A stretch of 64,000 nt of DNA, taken from Candidatus Parvarchaeum sp. (lineage in GTDB: Archaea; Nanobdellota; Nanobdellia; Pacearchaeales; GW2011-AR1). The translations under genes and the position numbers were made by a program. Under the pieces are notes generated by a model. It searched no databases and was not told the DNA's origin. It saw nothing but the letters and a program-made list of their open reading frames with translations. The first letter of the stretch is position 1, and each line of letters opens with the position of its first letter. Of the stretch, positions 37,816-48,544 are shown one piece after another. The stretch covers positions 2,046 through 66,045 of the forward strand of contig DYFY01000001.1 of the NCBI GenBank assembly GCA_020724955.1, given 5' to 3'.

Positions 37816-38457
37816 TTATTCTTCCTCTTCCTCTTCGGATCTAAAAGGAGTCGCTATCAAATCGAGTATTCTGAGTATTATTTCAAGAATTATTATAAAC
37901 ACCAAGAAATAGAATATGTTTGTTACCAGAGCAGGAACCTGTGCCAAGTTTGTAATTACCCTTTCCAGAGAAAAGAATCCCGGGGAGAGTATAAAAATTG
38001 CCAATACTGTAAATGGAAACATTTTTGCTAAATCTTTTGATAAATCTTCCTCGTAATATGCCAAAATCCTTATTGCTGCAACTATTGCAGCAGAAACTAT
38101 TATAACCTGATTTATCCCTAGTTCTTCGGATAGAATAAGAATTATTAAAGCCAGCACAGCGAACCAGAAAAATATCAGGAATGGAAGGATGATTATATAC
38201 TGCAGAAAATAAAGTATTACTCCAAAAAGCTTGCTGAAGATGGGGTGATTGCTTGTATTGTATTTTGCAAGGTTTAATTCTATGAGATTCTTTTTTGAGA
38301 GGTAGCGGTAAAACTTCCAGGTGAATATTGAATATATTGCTATCAGGATTGAAAAAACCAGAAGGCTCACAATGGGGGAATATTGACTTGGTATCGCTGA
38401 TTGAAGATTGTTATACCCATCTAAAAACACCCCCTTTGTAAAGTCAACCAAACTCAT
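37816..38457 (-). CDS. hypothetical multi-pass membrane protein
   Basis: About five TMs, acidic tail. Confidence 0.75.
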   Translation of the reverse strand: MSLVDFTKGVFLDGYNNLQSAIPSQYSPIVSLLVFSILIAIYSIFTWKFYRYLSKKNLIELNLAKYNTSNHPIFSKLFGVILYFLQYIIILPFLIFFWFAVLALIILILSEELGINQVIIVSAAIVAAIRILAYYEEDLSKDLAKMFPFTVLAIFILSPGFFSLERVITNLAQVPALVTNIFYFLVFIIILEIILRILDLIATPFRSEEEEEE

Positions 38458-38521
38458 TTTTTTAGGTGGTTTTTAAAGTTTATAAAGTTAATTTTAAATA
38501 TGGTTCTGTGCTTTTAGAGTT

Positions 38522-39808
38522 ATGATAGATATTAGGCTTATAAGAGAAAGCCCTGATAAGGTCAAAGAGAATATTAAGAAGAGGTTCCAGCACAGCAAGT
38601 TGCGATTGGTTGATAAGATTTTTGAACTTGATTCTGAATGGAGAAAAATAAAAACTGAGGTTGACAGATTGAGGTTCGAGAGAAACAAAATTTCAAAGGA
38701 AATTTCAAACACCAAAAAATCCGGAGGGAGCGCGGCAGTTTTGCTTAAGAAAGCAAAAGAAATTCCGAAGAAAATAGAAGAACTTGAAGATAAGGGGAAA
38801 AGCCTGGAGATGGAGATAAACGATATGTTGCTGCAAATTCCCAACATACTTCATAAATCTGTGCCAATTGGAAAAGGCCCGGAAGATAATGTTGTCAGGG
38901 ATATAATTGGCAGGCCTGCCAAAAACAGCTTTGATGTAAAAAATCATGCCGAGCTTGGAGAGAATCTTAAAATTTTGGATTTTGATGCCTCTGTTGAATT
39001 GTCAGGAAAGGGATTTTATGTTATGAAAGGAGATCTTGCGTTGCTAAATCAGGCATTGATAAACTATTCGAGGGATTTTATGGTTTCAAAAGGTTATGAG
39101 TATATAGAGCCTCCTCTGATGATAAAAGAAAATATCCTTAAAGGAGTTTATTCCAAAAGCGAGATTGAGCAGATGTCTTACAAAATAGAAGGTGAGGATT
39201 TGTATCTGATTGCCACTTCTGAGCATCCTGTGATTGGAATGTTTATTGGCAAGACGTTAAATCACAAGGAGCTTCCTGTTAAACTTACTGCTTATAGTAT
39301 GTGTTTCAGAAAGGAAATAGGAAGTCATGGGATTGATGAAAAAGGCCTTTTCAGAACTCATCAGTTTAATAAACAGGAAATGGTTGTAATTTGCAGGCCT
39401 GAGGATTCCTACAAATATTATGATGAGCTTTTGAAGCTTTCAAAAGAGTTGTTCAAGAAGCTTGGAATCCCAATAAGAGAGCTTGAATCGTGTTCTGGAG
39501 ATTTGGCTGATTTAAAGGCAAAGGGGGCTGATCTGGAGGCTTGGAGTCCGAGACAAAAAAAATATTTTGAAATAACCTCAGTGACAAACATGGAGGAAGC
39601 ACAGGCCAGAAGACTAAATATAAAATTTTTTGATGAAATGGGAGAAAGGAGATTTGTGCATACTTTGAATAATACAGCTATTGCGACTTCAAGAGCTTTG
39701 GTTGCGATTATGGAAAATTATCAGCAAAAGAACGGAAGCATAAAAATACCGAATGCTCTTGTGCCATATATGAATGGGAAGAAATTTATCGGCGGGAAGA
39801 AGAATTAA
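38522..39808 (+). CDS. serS: serine--tRNA ligase
   Basis: IPN, LIATSEHP, CFRKEIGSHG..GLFRTHQFNKQE, HTLNNTAIATSR. Confidence 0.98.
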   Translation: MIDIRLIRESPDKVKENIKKRFQHSKLRLVDKIFELDSEWRKIKTEVDRLRFERNKISKEISNTKKSGGSAAVLLKKAKEIPKKIEELEDKGKSLEMEINDMLLQIPNILHKSVPIGKGPEDNVVRDIIGRPAKNSFDVKNHAELGENLKILDFDASVELSGKGFYVMKGDLALLNQALINYSRDFMVSKGYEYIEPPLMIKENILKGVYSKSEIEQMSYKIEGEDLYLIATSEHPVIGMFIGKTLNHKELPVKLTAYSMCFRKEIGSHGIDEKGLFRTHQFNKQEMVVICRPEDSYKYYDELLKLSKELFKKLGIPIRELESCSGDLADLKAKGADLEAWSPRQKKYFEITSVTNMEEAQARRLNIKFFDEMGERRFVHTLNNTAIATSRALVAIMENYQQKNGSIKIPNALVPYMNGKKFIGGKKN

Positions 39809-39883
39809 TATGGCTATAGAAAACCATAGTGGATTTCAAGAAAGAGAAGTTTTGCAGTTTGCAAGATAGTTAAAATTTCTTAA

Positions 39884-40492
39884 TTATTGCTTCAGCAAAA
39901 TTCCGCCATCACTTTCCCTCCAATCTGTGTGGGTTCCGTCTTCAGAATAAGGCTGCAATTTTGTTGTGTATTCTTTAATTAGATACGCTAATGGTCCTCT
40001 ATGAACTGTAATCTGCCCAGTTGGCGTGATTCTTTCAATCTCTTTTGCAGCTGTTCTAAAATATTTGTCAATAATTTCATCCAAATCAGAATCATCTATT
40101 AAAATAGATCTACATCCACCAATTATTACAGGGTCAAAAACACCATAACTTGTGACAATTGCAGATTCATCTGGATGTTTGTTCCAAAAATTATAAGCGT
40201 CACGTTCAAGAAAGACTCTTTGCCCCTGAGAATTCATTTCTCCTATTTTATCTACCAACTCTTGTCTTGGCTTGGGTTCAACAACAACCAATTCTTTACA
40301 TCCTGCTTTGAAAAAAAGAGGTAAATACCAACCAGTTCCAGAGCCCAAATCAATTATCTTTTGTCCTCTAAATTTTGAAGCTACATCTGGGCGACATAAG
40401 TCAGATTTTATTCTATCATAACTAATTCTATACATAACGCGGCTAGCAGTTCTTAATTTATCTACTTCAGACTCTGTTAAAGTTGTAATCAT
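39884..40492 (-). CDS. divergent class I SAM-dependent methyltransferase-like protein
   Basis: IIDLGSGTG motif I, VVVEP motif II. Confidence 0.6.
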   Translation of the reverse strand: MITTLTESEVDKLRTASRVMYRISYDRIKSDLCRPDVASKFRGQKIIDLGSGTGWYLPLFFKAGCKELVVVEPKPRQELVDKIGEMNSQGQRVFLERDAYNFWNKHPDESAIVTSYGVFDPVIIGGCRSILIDDSDLDEIIDKYFRTAAKEIERITPTGQITVHRGPLAYLIKEYTTKLQPYSEDGTHTDWRESDGGILLKQ

Positions 40493-40777
40493 ATTACCAC
40501 TATTTAGAGACTATTATTTAAAGATTTCTATTATTTTTGTCATGATACTTTTTGACTAATGGTTATTCGTATTTGACGCCGATTTTTTACTTTGGATTTT
40601 AGTACAATTTTTCGTGGCGAAACTAAGCAAAGATTCAATTTTTGGGAGTTTAACAGCGACTAAGAATTTTATGTAAATGTGAATGTCCCAGAGATATGGA
40701 AATTAACAATCAATGAACGAGTCTTAGCCTTTTTCTTTTTCCAAAAAGTATAAAAGTGTTGATTGCACCGGATTTCT

Positions 40778-41380
40778 ATGCAATATAAAAAAGGAAGTGA
40801 GTTTAGAAAGCCTGAGTATGAAATTGATAAAATATTTCTTGATAGGTGGAGTCCGCGTGCAATGAGCGGAGAGGACTTGGATGACGATGAATTAATGAGT
40901 TTGTTTGAAGCAGCGAGATGGGCTCCTTCTTCCAGCAATGAACAGCCATGGAGATTCATTTATGCCAAGCGGGGCAGCGAACAATGGGAAAGGTTTTTTA
41001 ATCTTCTCATAGAATTTAATCAGATTTGGTGCAGAAATGCTTCGGTTCTATGCTGTCTGGTTTCTAAAAAGACATTTACCAAAGAAGGGAATGAAAACAG
41101 AAATTTTATGTCGGATGCTGGGGCGGCGTGGGAAAATCTTGCTCTGCAGGGAAGTTTAAAAGGATTGGTTGTTCATGGAATGGCTGGTTTCGATGTAGAG
41201 CGCACAAGGGCTGAGCTTGAGATACCTGAAGATTATGAAGTGGTACACATTTTTGCTATTGGAAAGCCCGGGAGCTTGGATATGATTCCTGAAAGAATGA
41301 GAAAATCTGAAATTCCAAGCGAGAGGAAACCTCTAGACGAAATTGTTTTTGAAGGAAAATTTAAAAAAAATAAAAATTGA
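40778..41380 (+). CDS. nitroreductase family protein
   Basis: RWSPRAM, AARWAPSSSNEQPWRF, HGMAGFD, ERKPL. Confidence 0.95.
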   Translation: MQYKKGSEFRKPEYEIDKIFLDRWSPRAMSGEDLDDDELMSLFEAARWAPSSSNEQPWRFIYAKRGSEQWERFFNLLIEFNQIWCRNASVLCCLVSKKTFTKEGNENRNFMSDAGAAWENLALQGSLKGLVVHGMAGFDVERTRAELEIPEDYEVVHIFAIGKPGSLDMIPERMRKSEIPSERKPLDEIVFEGKFKKNKN

Positions 41381-41384
41381 GAAT

Positions 41385-41762
41385 TTACTTCTTCGTGCTT
41401 TTTCCTGTCATGCTTTTTTTGCCGTGCATTCCCCAGACCAGATAGTTGGATGCCAGAGCAAGATGTACAAGCAGTTGAGCGATGTTTTCCAAATATGCTG
41501 TAAATGCAGCAACCACTAATATCACAATAGGAGGCCATACCGTATATTTGAGATTCCAATTAGCTAGTATAGCTAGACCAAATGCAATTTCCACTAAGAG
41601 CAAAAGCCATGCAAAAAACACAGGTGCAGGAAAACCAAATCCTGCGAGCATTCCAGGTATGTCTCCCTGAAGGATTCCAAGCATAACTCCAAGCTTGTAC
41701 AATCCAGGAATAAGCATCACCAAACCCAGCAATATCCTGTTTATTAAATATAGATGCTTCAT
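41385..41762 (-). CDS. DoxX-family membrane protein
   Basis: RILLGLVMLIPGLYKL..GFPAPVFFAWLL..VEIAFG. Confidence 0.85.
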   Translation of the reverse strand: MKHLYLINRILLGLVMLIPGLYKLGVMLGILQGDIPGMLAGFGFPAPVFFAWLLLLVEIAFGLAILANWNLKYTVWPPIVILVVAAFTAYLENIAQLLVHLALASNYLVWGMHGKKSMTGKSTKK

Positions 41763-41855
41763 TTTTATCCTCCTTTCAATCTTTTACAAATAAGAATTTC
41801 ATAGCTTATAAACCTTCAGATAAATCATAAATAAAATAAAAAAATAAGTCTGAAG

Positions 41856-42083
41856 CTATCTGACCTTTTCAACTATAGCCAGCAACACTCCTAGAAGTGT
41901 TAGCACCACCACAATCCATCCGGCTATTGCGGTTACAAAATCGGGAATAAACCACACCGGCAGTGTTCCGCTAATCATCCCGAAACCAACAGCCAAAGAA
42001 ACAAGAATGCCTGCTATCCACACCACTAAGTTCAATAGAGCATTCATCCCGTTTCCGCCGGAAGAACTTCTTCTTCTTGCCAT
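41856..42083 (-). CDS. small 2-TM membrane protein
   Basis: SD GGAGGTG upstream; two TMs. Confidence 0.75.
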   Translation of the reverse strand: MARRRSSSGGNGMNALLNLVVWIAGILVSLAVGFGMISGTLPVWFIPDFVTAIAGWIVVVLTLLGVLLAIVEKVR

Positions 42084-42202
42084 TTAACACCTCCTTTTAA
42101 CCTTTGTTAAAATACAAATATAACAATTCTTTTTGTTATTTAAAGGTTTGGGCTTTTGCATTATTGCTATAGAAATAAATATGGCTTCTATTTGGAATAG
42201 TT

Positions 42203-42517
42203 ATGGATAAAAATATCGCCTGTGTTGTTCTTGTAACAATATTAATTTTGCTTGTGCCATTGACATTAACATTAATCAATCCTAACGCCTCAATTTACGG
42301 AGGCGAAGGAGGAGGTTGGGATTGGATGCCGGGAGACTTTATTGTTATGGGAGCTCTATTGCTAATTACCGGTTTGGCAATTAATTTTGTAATTAAAAAA
42401 TTCAACAAGATGCCTTATATGGTTATCTTAGTGGCAGCAATTGTAATTGTGTTCTTGCTGGTTTGGATTGAATTGGCCGTTGACGCTGTATCAATGGCTC
42501 TGGACTACCTGTTGTAG
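42203..42517 (+). CDS. small 3-TM membrane protein
   Basis: WDWMPGDFIVMGALL..VWIELAV. Confidence 0.75.
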   Translation: MDKNIACVVLVTILILLVPLTLTLINPNASIYGGEGGGWDWMPGDFIVMGALLLITGLAINFVIKKFNKMPYMVILVAAIVIVFLLVWIELAVDAVSMALDYLL

Positions 42518-42527
42518 AGAAATAAAA

Positions 42528-42929
42528 TTAATATCTATGATAATAATATCCGTCATGATATTTTGGATAATAATATCCTCTGTAATCATAAGAAGAGCGA
42601 TAATAGCTGTCTGAATAATAAGGGTCTATGTAATGCACTCTTGGATAATTATATGTGTAATGAGGGTAAGAAGGCCCGTAACTCCAGTAATTGTAGACTC
42701 TGTTGTACGAGGGATAGTGCCTATAATAATCTTCTGAAGAATAATAATAAGTTGTTTTGGAGGGGGAGTCCTTTTTTATTTCTGTTGTTTTTCCGTAAGG
42801 AGTGTAGGTTGTTGTTTTCGAGTAGCTGTCTGTGTAGCCGTAATGGTACGCTGACGCAACCGGTGTTACTAAGAGAGCCAGCAGAGCAATCAATGAAATT
42901 CCAAGCGTGAAAAAAAGCTTTTTATTCAT
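42528..42929 (-). CDS. secreted Tyr-rich low-complexity protein
   Basis: Signal peptide ending VASA; 35 Tyr in 106 mature residues. Confidence 0.75.
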   Translation of the reverse strand: MNKKLFFTLGISLIALLALLVTPVASAYHYGYTDSYSKTTTYTPYGKTTEIKKDSPSKTTYYYSSEDYYRHYPSYNRVYNYWSYGPSYPHYTYNYPRVHYIDPYYSDSYYRSSYDYRGYYYPKYHDGYYYHRY

Positions 42930-43104
42930 GATTTTCCGACGACGTTCTGATTTATAAACATTTCGGGGGTTGTCTTTTTGTAGTTACGTCCAATGCGGCC
43001 AAGAACAATAAAGAATAAAAATGTTTGCGCTGAATTTTCTAAATTATAAGCTGGACTTAACATGGAAAAAAGATTTAAAAACTGACATTGCAACATTTAG
43101 ATAA

Positions 43105-43248
43105 GCCTCAATAGTATAGTGGTTAGTACATCGCCCTGTCGCGAGGCAAGGGAGCCAAGGTTTCCTTGACCATCAATTTTCCTTTAAAATAGGAGTTCGG
43201 TGACCTCGTAGAACGGCGGAGACCCGGGTTCGATTCCCGGTTGGGGCG
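43105..43248 (+). tRNA. tRNA-Asp(GTC) with 72-nt intron (43142-43213)
   Basis: GCCTCAA/TTGGGGC acceptor, CT-GTC-G|..|C loop; BHB: CUGU:GUAG helix, AAC and CGC bulges, GAGG:CCUC helix. Confidence 0.93.
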
Positions 43249-43335
43249 TCTTGTTTTTGGGTATATTATAAGTCGCAAATTCCGAACTCTCTTTATAAAG
43301 GATAAATATTAATAGAAGAAGAGTTTGTTATTTCT

Positions 43336-43743
43336 ATGAATAAACATTTAAAAAATTGTGGGAAAAATGTTGTAAAAAGTGCGATTGATTGTTCTCAACT
43401 AATAGGCAGACAAGACGCATTAGGTGCAACATCTTGTCTTATGAGTTTGAAAGAAACAGCAGATTCTTGTATAAAGGCAATAAAAGAGAATCCTCAAATG
43501 GGAGTTCAGAAAAGAGATTTTCAGATTAAAAATAGACCAATTCCAGTCTATCCAAGATACAGATATCGAGAAAGACTTGATGAAGACTTGCCAGAAATTA
43601 CCACTAGATCAAAATCGATCAAGATAAATTTAGTTTGTCAGCAATGTCACAATCAACAAAGCAGGTTCATCAAGACTGGAGAAGAAACTACGATAGTCTG
43701 TCAATTTTGTGGGTGCGTAAGCAACTTTTCTATTAAAAACTGA
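43336..43743 (+). CDS. hypothetical protein with C-terminal Zn ribbon
   Basis: CQQC..CQFC. Confidence 0.7.
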   Translation: MNKHLKNCGKNVVKSAIDCSQLIGRQDALGATSCLMSLKETADSCIKAIKENPQMGVQKRDFQIKNRPIPVYPRYRYRERLDEDLPEITTRSKSIKINLVCQQCHNQQSRFIKTGEETTIVCQFCGCVSNFSIKN

Positions 43744-43790
43744 ATCTTGTAAATGTCAATAAATAAAAACCATTGAATTATTGGTTTTAT

Positions 43791-45617
43791 ATGACAAGAG
43801 AGAAGATAAATCAAATAATGGATGCGGAGTATGAAAGAATGTATCCTTTTGAGATAGAAAGAGAACTCTTGCCCCTCTTTAAATTAGCTGAAGAAAATAA
43901 GGATGAGGTAACCAAACAAGAAATTTTATGGGAGATAGATTTGCTTAATCGAACTATGGGGCATGTAGTCGTTTATCAAGGAAAAGAGGTCGCAGAAGTT
44001 AGTAACAAATGGGGACTTTTATTAGAAACTGGTGAATTTAAAGCAATATCAAACGCACCCTTTTGTGAATGGAAAAGAGAAGCCATTGATTATTACAAGG
44101 AAAGATATGGTCAAACAAAAAGCAGTTTGGCAAAAGCAAGATATGCCTTTGCAGTTATGGTATTTTCTTCTGGAACTGAAAGGCTAGAATGGATGAGTAA
44201 ATCTGTAGATAACTGGCTAAAAACAGCTAAAGACTATATAACCAAGAAAGTATACAACAAAGAATATTATGAACTCCCACCATTTGCTTATGAATTTGCA
44301 TTGAAGTTGAGCCTGTCTTTTGGAAACAAGGATTTGGCTAAAAAAGTTTTAGAATCATTACATACAAATATAATATCTATCTTAAGTTTTGGAGAGAAAA
44401 GATGGTATCTAGAATTCTTTGAAGTAGAATCAAAATATATTCACTCATTAGATAATGTTGATGAAATAAAAAAAGAAAGTGTGGAGAAGATAAAAGAGAT
44501 CATTAAACAGTTAGAGTCTGAATTTGAAAAAAGTGAGGATAAACAGAAAAGCAATCATTTCATAAGACATCATCTTCGCATTTTATTGAACTATAAAACA
44601 GAAAATGATTATGACTTAAATCAAAGGATTGCTGAGTCTTATATTACAGAGGCAGAAGCGAGAGAAGAAGCACTTGTTAAATCTTCTTTTTATAACGATG
44701 CGGTTAAAAAGTATAAAGAAATGCAAGGGAAATATTCTGACAAAAAACAAGAAATTGAAAAAAGACTTGAAGAATTAATTCTTAAAATGAAGGAAATCAA
44801 CTCTAAAATAACTTATAAAACAATTCAAACAGAGATTACAGTAACTAATAAACAAATTGAAGAATATTTGAATCATTTAAGAGGTAGAAAAAAAGATTTG
44901 TTAATTGCATTTCTAGAGGATAATTCTTTGTTCCCCAAGTATGATCAAACCATAAAGATGACTGAAGACCAGAAGAAGCAACATCCACTTCAGTTTATTG
45001 TGCCCATTGCAGTTTATAGCGGAGAAGACCCAATTATGAAAATGACAAATGATACCGATATATTTGACCATAAAGTTAGAAGAAATATTTTGTTAGGATT
45101 AAAAATAGGAGAGATTATGTGCAAGATGATATTTGAATTGTTAAAGAAAGAGCCAGAGGTAGACATCTTAAAGGCTACTGAAAGTTTGATTAGTCAAGAT
45201 GAAATAAAGAACATTAAACCTACGTTGAGCACTGGCTTTAACCATGTCTTTGGAGAGAAAAAAGATTTTGTTGCAGGATTACACATTCTAACACCTTATA
45301 TCGAAGAAGTAATACGAATGATAATAAAAAAAGCTGGAAAAGTTGAGATTGTCTTGGAACAACATAAAACCAAATTTTTCAGGGGCATCGAACTTGGGGG
45401 ATTATTGTCTGATAAAAATGTTGAAGAACTTATAGGTTTGGATTTTCAAAAATCATTAAAGGTCATGTTCATAGATAATGACCAGTCAAATATAAGAAAT
45501 GAATTATTGCATGGAAGATTATCTTCAGATAGAATTAATGAATCTCTCGCTTTGTTTGTGTCCTATTGCTTACTAAAATTGATAAACATCCTCAGGGATA
45601 CCAATAAGAAGCAATAA
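43791..45617 (+). CDS. large helical protein with C-terminal DUF4209/HEPN-like domain
   Basis: [21 protein letters not shown] (Rx4H); located in tRNA-adjacent island. Confidence 0.75.
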   Translation: MTREKINQIMDAEYERMYPFEIERELLPLFKLAEENKDEVTKQEILWEIDLLNRTMGHVVVYQGKEVAEVSNKWGLLLETGEFKAISNAPFCEWKREAIDYYKERYGQTKSSLAKARYAFAVMVFSSGTERLEWMSKSVDNWLKTAKDYITKKVYNKEYYELPPFAYEFALKLSLSFGNKDLAKKVLESLHTNIISILSFGEKRWYLEFFEVESKYIHSLDNVDEIKKESVEKIKEIIKQLESEFEKSEDKQKSNHFIRHHLRILLNYKTENDYDLNQRIAESYITEAEAREEALVKSSFYNDAVKKYKEMQGKYSDKKQEIEKRLEELILKMKEINSKITYKTIQTEITVTNKQIEEYLNHLRGRKKDLLIAFLEDNSLFPKYDQTIKMTEDQKKQHPLQFIVPIAVYSGEDPIMKMTNDTDIFDHKVRRNILLGLKIGEIMCKMIFELLKKEPEVDILKATESLISQDEIKNIKPTLSTGFNHVFGEKKDFVAGLHILTPYIEEVIRMIIKKAGKVEIVLEQHKTKFFRGIELGGLLSDKNVEELIGLDFQKSLKVMFIDNDQSNIRNELLHGRLSSDRINESLALFVSYCLLKLINILRDTNKKQ

Positions 45618-45681
45618 TAAGGGAGTGTATAGGGCATACAAAAGTATAAACTTTATATATGTGCTCTATTGTAACTATATT

Positions 45682-46391
45682 ATGTTAGACATAAAAACTT
45701 TGGAAGGGTGGCTTTGGGAAGCTGCTTGTAAGATTCGAGGAGAAGTTGATGCCGCAAAATACAAAGATTATATTCTCCCTTTGATTTTCTTAAAAAGATT
45801 ATCTGATTTTTATGAAGACGACATTCAAAAGCTAACTGAAGAATATGGGGATAAAAAACGTCTGAAGAGTTGGTTGAAGAAGACCATAGTTTAGTCTGGT
45901 TTTATCTGCCAAAAGAATCAAGGTGGTCAAATATTATAAAACAGACTACAAAACTTGGAGAGATTCTTACTGATGCTGTTCGTTCTGTTGCAAAGACAAA
46001 TCCAAAACTTCAGGGAGTTATCGATTTTGTAGATTTTAATGCAACTGCTTCAGGTCAAAGAATTGTGGGCGATGATAAACTAAAATTACTAATTGATATT
46101 TTAAACAAACATAGACTTGGCTTGAGAGATGTTGAGCCAGATATTTTAGGTAGAGCTTATGAATATTTATTAAGAAAATTTGCAGAAGGCTCGGGACAAA
46201 GTGCAGGAGAATTCTATACTCCTAGAGAGGTTGCTGTTTTGATGGCGATGGTTGTTGAGCCAAAAGAAGGAGAAGAGGTTTACGATCCATGTTTGGGTTC
46301 TGGTGGTTTGTTAATAAAATGTCATTTAAGATTCAAAGAAAACTATGGAAACAACACAAAAATTAAACCTTTGAAATTCTATGGGCAATAA
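45682..46391 (+). pseudogene. hsdM: type I R-M methyltransferase subunit, frameshifted and truncated
   Basis: [24 protein letters not shown]; frameshift in A-run near 45855; GEFYTPREVA, YDPCLGSGG; stops at FYGQ. Confidence 0.9.
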
Positions 46392-46759
46392 TTTTTGCAA
46401 GCAAGTTACTTAAGGGAGCCGTAATTAAATGTCAAGATTATGAAGATATAAAAAAATATGTTAAGAAAGGAGATTTTGTTTATTTAGATCCTTGTTACGA
46501 TCCTATTAAAAAAACTAGTTTCGCTAATTACACTCCGAAAAGATTCTCACATGTTGATAATATCAGACTATCTAATTTTATAGATGAGCTAAGAAAAAAA
46601 GAATCTAAAGTTATGCTCAGCAATAATTTAACTATAAATGTTAAGAGATTATATCCATTAAAAGAATATTACAGAACTAAGGTAGAAGGTTCTAGAAGCA
46701 TAAGTGGACTGAGTTATGGAAGAGGAAAGATCCCAGAATTGCTGGTTACAAATTATTAG
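46388..46759 (+). pseudogene. C-terminal fragment of Dam-family DNA adenine methyltransferase
   Basis: Manual translation ASKLLKGAVIKCQDY..GDFVYLDPCY..SFANY..KVMLSN..RGKIPELLVTNY*; no start codon or N-terminal half. Confidence 0.8.
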
Positions 46760-46887
46760 CTATTGAAATCAAACCGAAAATTAGTTAAACTTCCTCGTCT
46801 TCAACTCATCAAATGCTCTTACAAAAGAGAGGAAAAACAAAGAGAACATAAGCGCGGGATGACTAATTTGAGGAAGGATTCTATTAT

Positions 46888-48351
46888 CTATTTTTTTCTG
46901 AATGAAACTGCCAGAGATGCCAAAATTGGAATTATTACAACTGCCCAACCGATTGAGAGGGCCCACGCGGGATAGCCTTCGTAGGGATTTGCTATGTCTG
47001 TAATTAATTGATTGATTAGAAGAATAATCAGCGCGAGAGGTATTATGTATTTTATTGAAACATTCCACCATTTTCCAACTTTTGCTCCGCCTGAGCTGTT
47101 AAGAAACAATCTCATTTTTTCTGCCCCATATACCCATCCAACAGCTATTGAAGTGAAAAGACCTACAAGGATTATGACATAGTTTGTTACAAAATGGTCA
47201 ACTATATCTAAGATGTACAGCCCTGCTCCTGTTGTGAAAATAATTCCGAGAACGAATGCGGTTGAGCAGGTTAATAGCGCTATTTTTTTGCTATTTGGGT
47301 TCTTTTGCCTGTCTGCAATGACTGCGTTGACTCCTTCGATTAAGGAAAAGGCGCTGTCTATTCCAAGCGTCAGAAGCATTAGGAAAAATAGTGCCGCAAA
47401 GAACCATGCGAAAGGCATTAGGGAAAGCGCTTCTGGAAACACGACAAATGCAAGGCCAGGACCAGAAGTTATTGCATCTTCGATTGGAACATTGTTTGCG
47501 AAAGCCATGTAACCAATTATTGAGAATACCACGAATCCTGCCAGGAGGCCGATCGCCGCATCGGAAATAGAGGTTATGTAGGCGTTTCCGACAGCCCTGT
47601 CTTTCTTTTTATTGTAACTTGCGTAGGCAATCATGACTCCAAAGCCGACGCTGAGCGAGAAAAATATCTGAGATGTTGCAGCCATCCATAATTCAAGACT
47701 CAGCAAAGCAGAAAAATCAGGATTAAGATAGGCTATAATTCCTTCTAAAGAACCTGGAAGAGTTATTCCTCTTATGAGCAGGATGAAGAGAAGAATAACC
47801 GGAAGAGGCATTGTTATCACTACCACTTTTCCGACGCTTTTCACTCCTTTCCAGACTATAAAGTAAATGGCTATCCAGACAGCAAGCAGGGCTGTTAAAA
47901 CAGGCCATTGTATCCCTCCAAGTATGTTCACACTTTCAGTAAGTCCTAGAACATCGGTGAAGAAATATGATTTTGAATTTCCTGCCCAAGGAAGCCTTGG
48001 GTTGAATGACTTTAGAAAGAACAGAAGAGACCACGCGAGAACAACAGCGTAATAAATTACGACAATAAATGAGGCAAATATTGCGGCTATTCCTACTCCT
48101 GAGAGTTTTTTATTAATTGCTCTGAAGGATTCCACTGCTCCTTTCTGCATTTTTTGACCTATTGCAAATTCAAGAATCAAAAGGGGAATTCCAATAATGA
48201 ACAACGCCAGTATGTAAGGGATTAAAAAAGCTCCTCCTCCGAATTTGTGAGTCAGATAGGGAAAGCGCCAGACATTTCCCAGGCCAACTGCGCTCCCAAT
48301 CGCTGCAAATATGAAGATTGTTCTGGAGGCCCAGCGCGCTCTGTCAGCCAT
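46888..48351 (-). CDS. sodium-dependent transporter (NSS/SNF family)
   Basis: GSAVGLGNVWRFPY..GGGAFLIPY, QIFFSLS, GPGLAFVVFP. Confidence 0.96.
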   Translation of the reverse strand: MADRARWASRTIFIFAAIGSAVGLGNVWRFPYLTHKFGGGAFLIPYILALFIIGIPLLILEFAIGQKMQKGAVESFRAINKKLSGVGIAAIFASFIVVIYYAVVLAWSLLFFLKSFNPRLPWAGNSKSYFFTDVLGLTESVNILGGIQWPVLTALLAVWIAIYFIVWKGVKSVGKVVVITMPLPVILLFILLIRGITLPGSLEGIIAYLNPDFSALLSLELWMAATSQIFFSLSVGFGVMIAYASYNKKKDRAVGNAYITSISDAAIGLLAGFVVFSIIGYMAFANNVPIEDAITSGPGLAFVVFPEALSLMPFAWFFAALFFLMLLTLGIDSAFSLIEGVNAVIADRQKNPNSKKIALLTCSTAFVLGIIFTTGAGLYILDIVDHFVTNYVIILVGLFTSIAVGWVYGAEKMRLFLNSSGGAKVGKWWNVSIKYIIPLALIILLINQLITDIANPYEGYPAWALSIGWAVVIIPILASLAVSFRKK

Positions 48352-48455
48352 TTTTTTATTAAGATAAAAGATTATATAAATTTGTTTGTTGCTTTATTGC
48401 TGAGGGCGAATTCTGATGACACATTTTATAAATCAGGTTTTCTGGGTTTTGCATT

Positions 48456-48526
48456 GGGCCCATGGTTCAGTGGCAGAACGTCCGGCTGGCAGTCGGGAGG
48501 CGTGAGTTCGATTCTCGCTGGGTCCA
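48456..48526 (+). tRNA. tRNA-Ala(GGC)
   Basis: G3:U70 acceptor GGGCCCA/TGGGTCC; TCCGG-CT-GGC-AG-TCGGG. Confidence 0.95.
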
Positions 48527-48544
48527 TTACTGCTTTGATAAACT

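Noticed and set aside
45629-45669. ATAGGGCAT..GTGCTCTAT palindrome before hsdM as a third fic-type site
   Set aside because: The spacer is 23 bp rather than 21 and the arms differ; probably an independent operator.
46760-46887. attR duplicate of the tRNA-Asp 3' end closing the island
   Set aside because: No copy of CCCGGTTGGGGCG found; the right boundary is inferred only from gene content.
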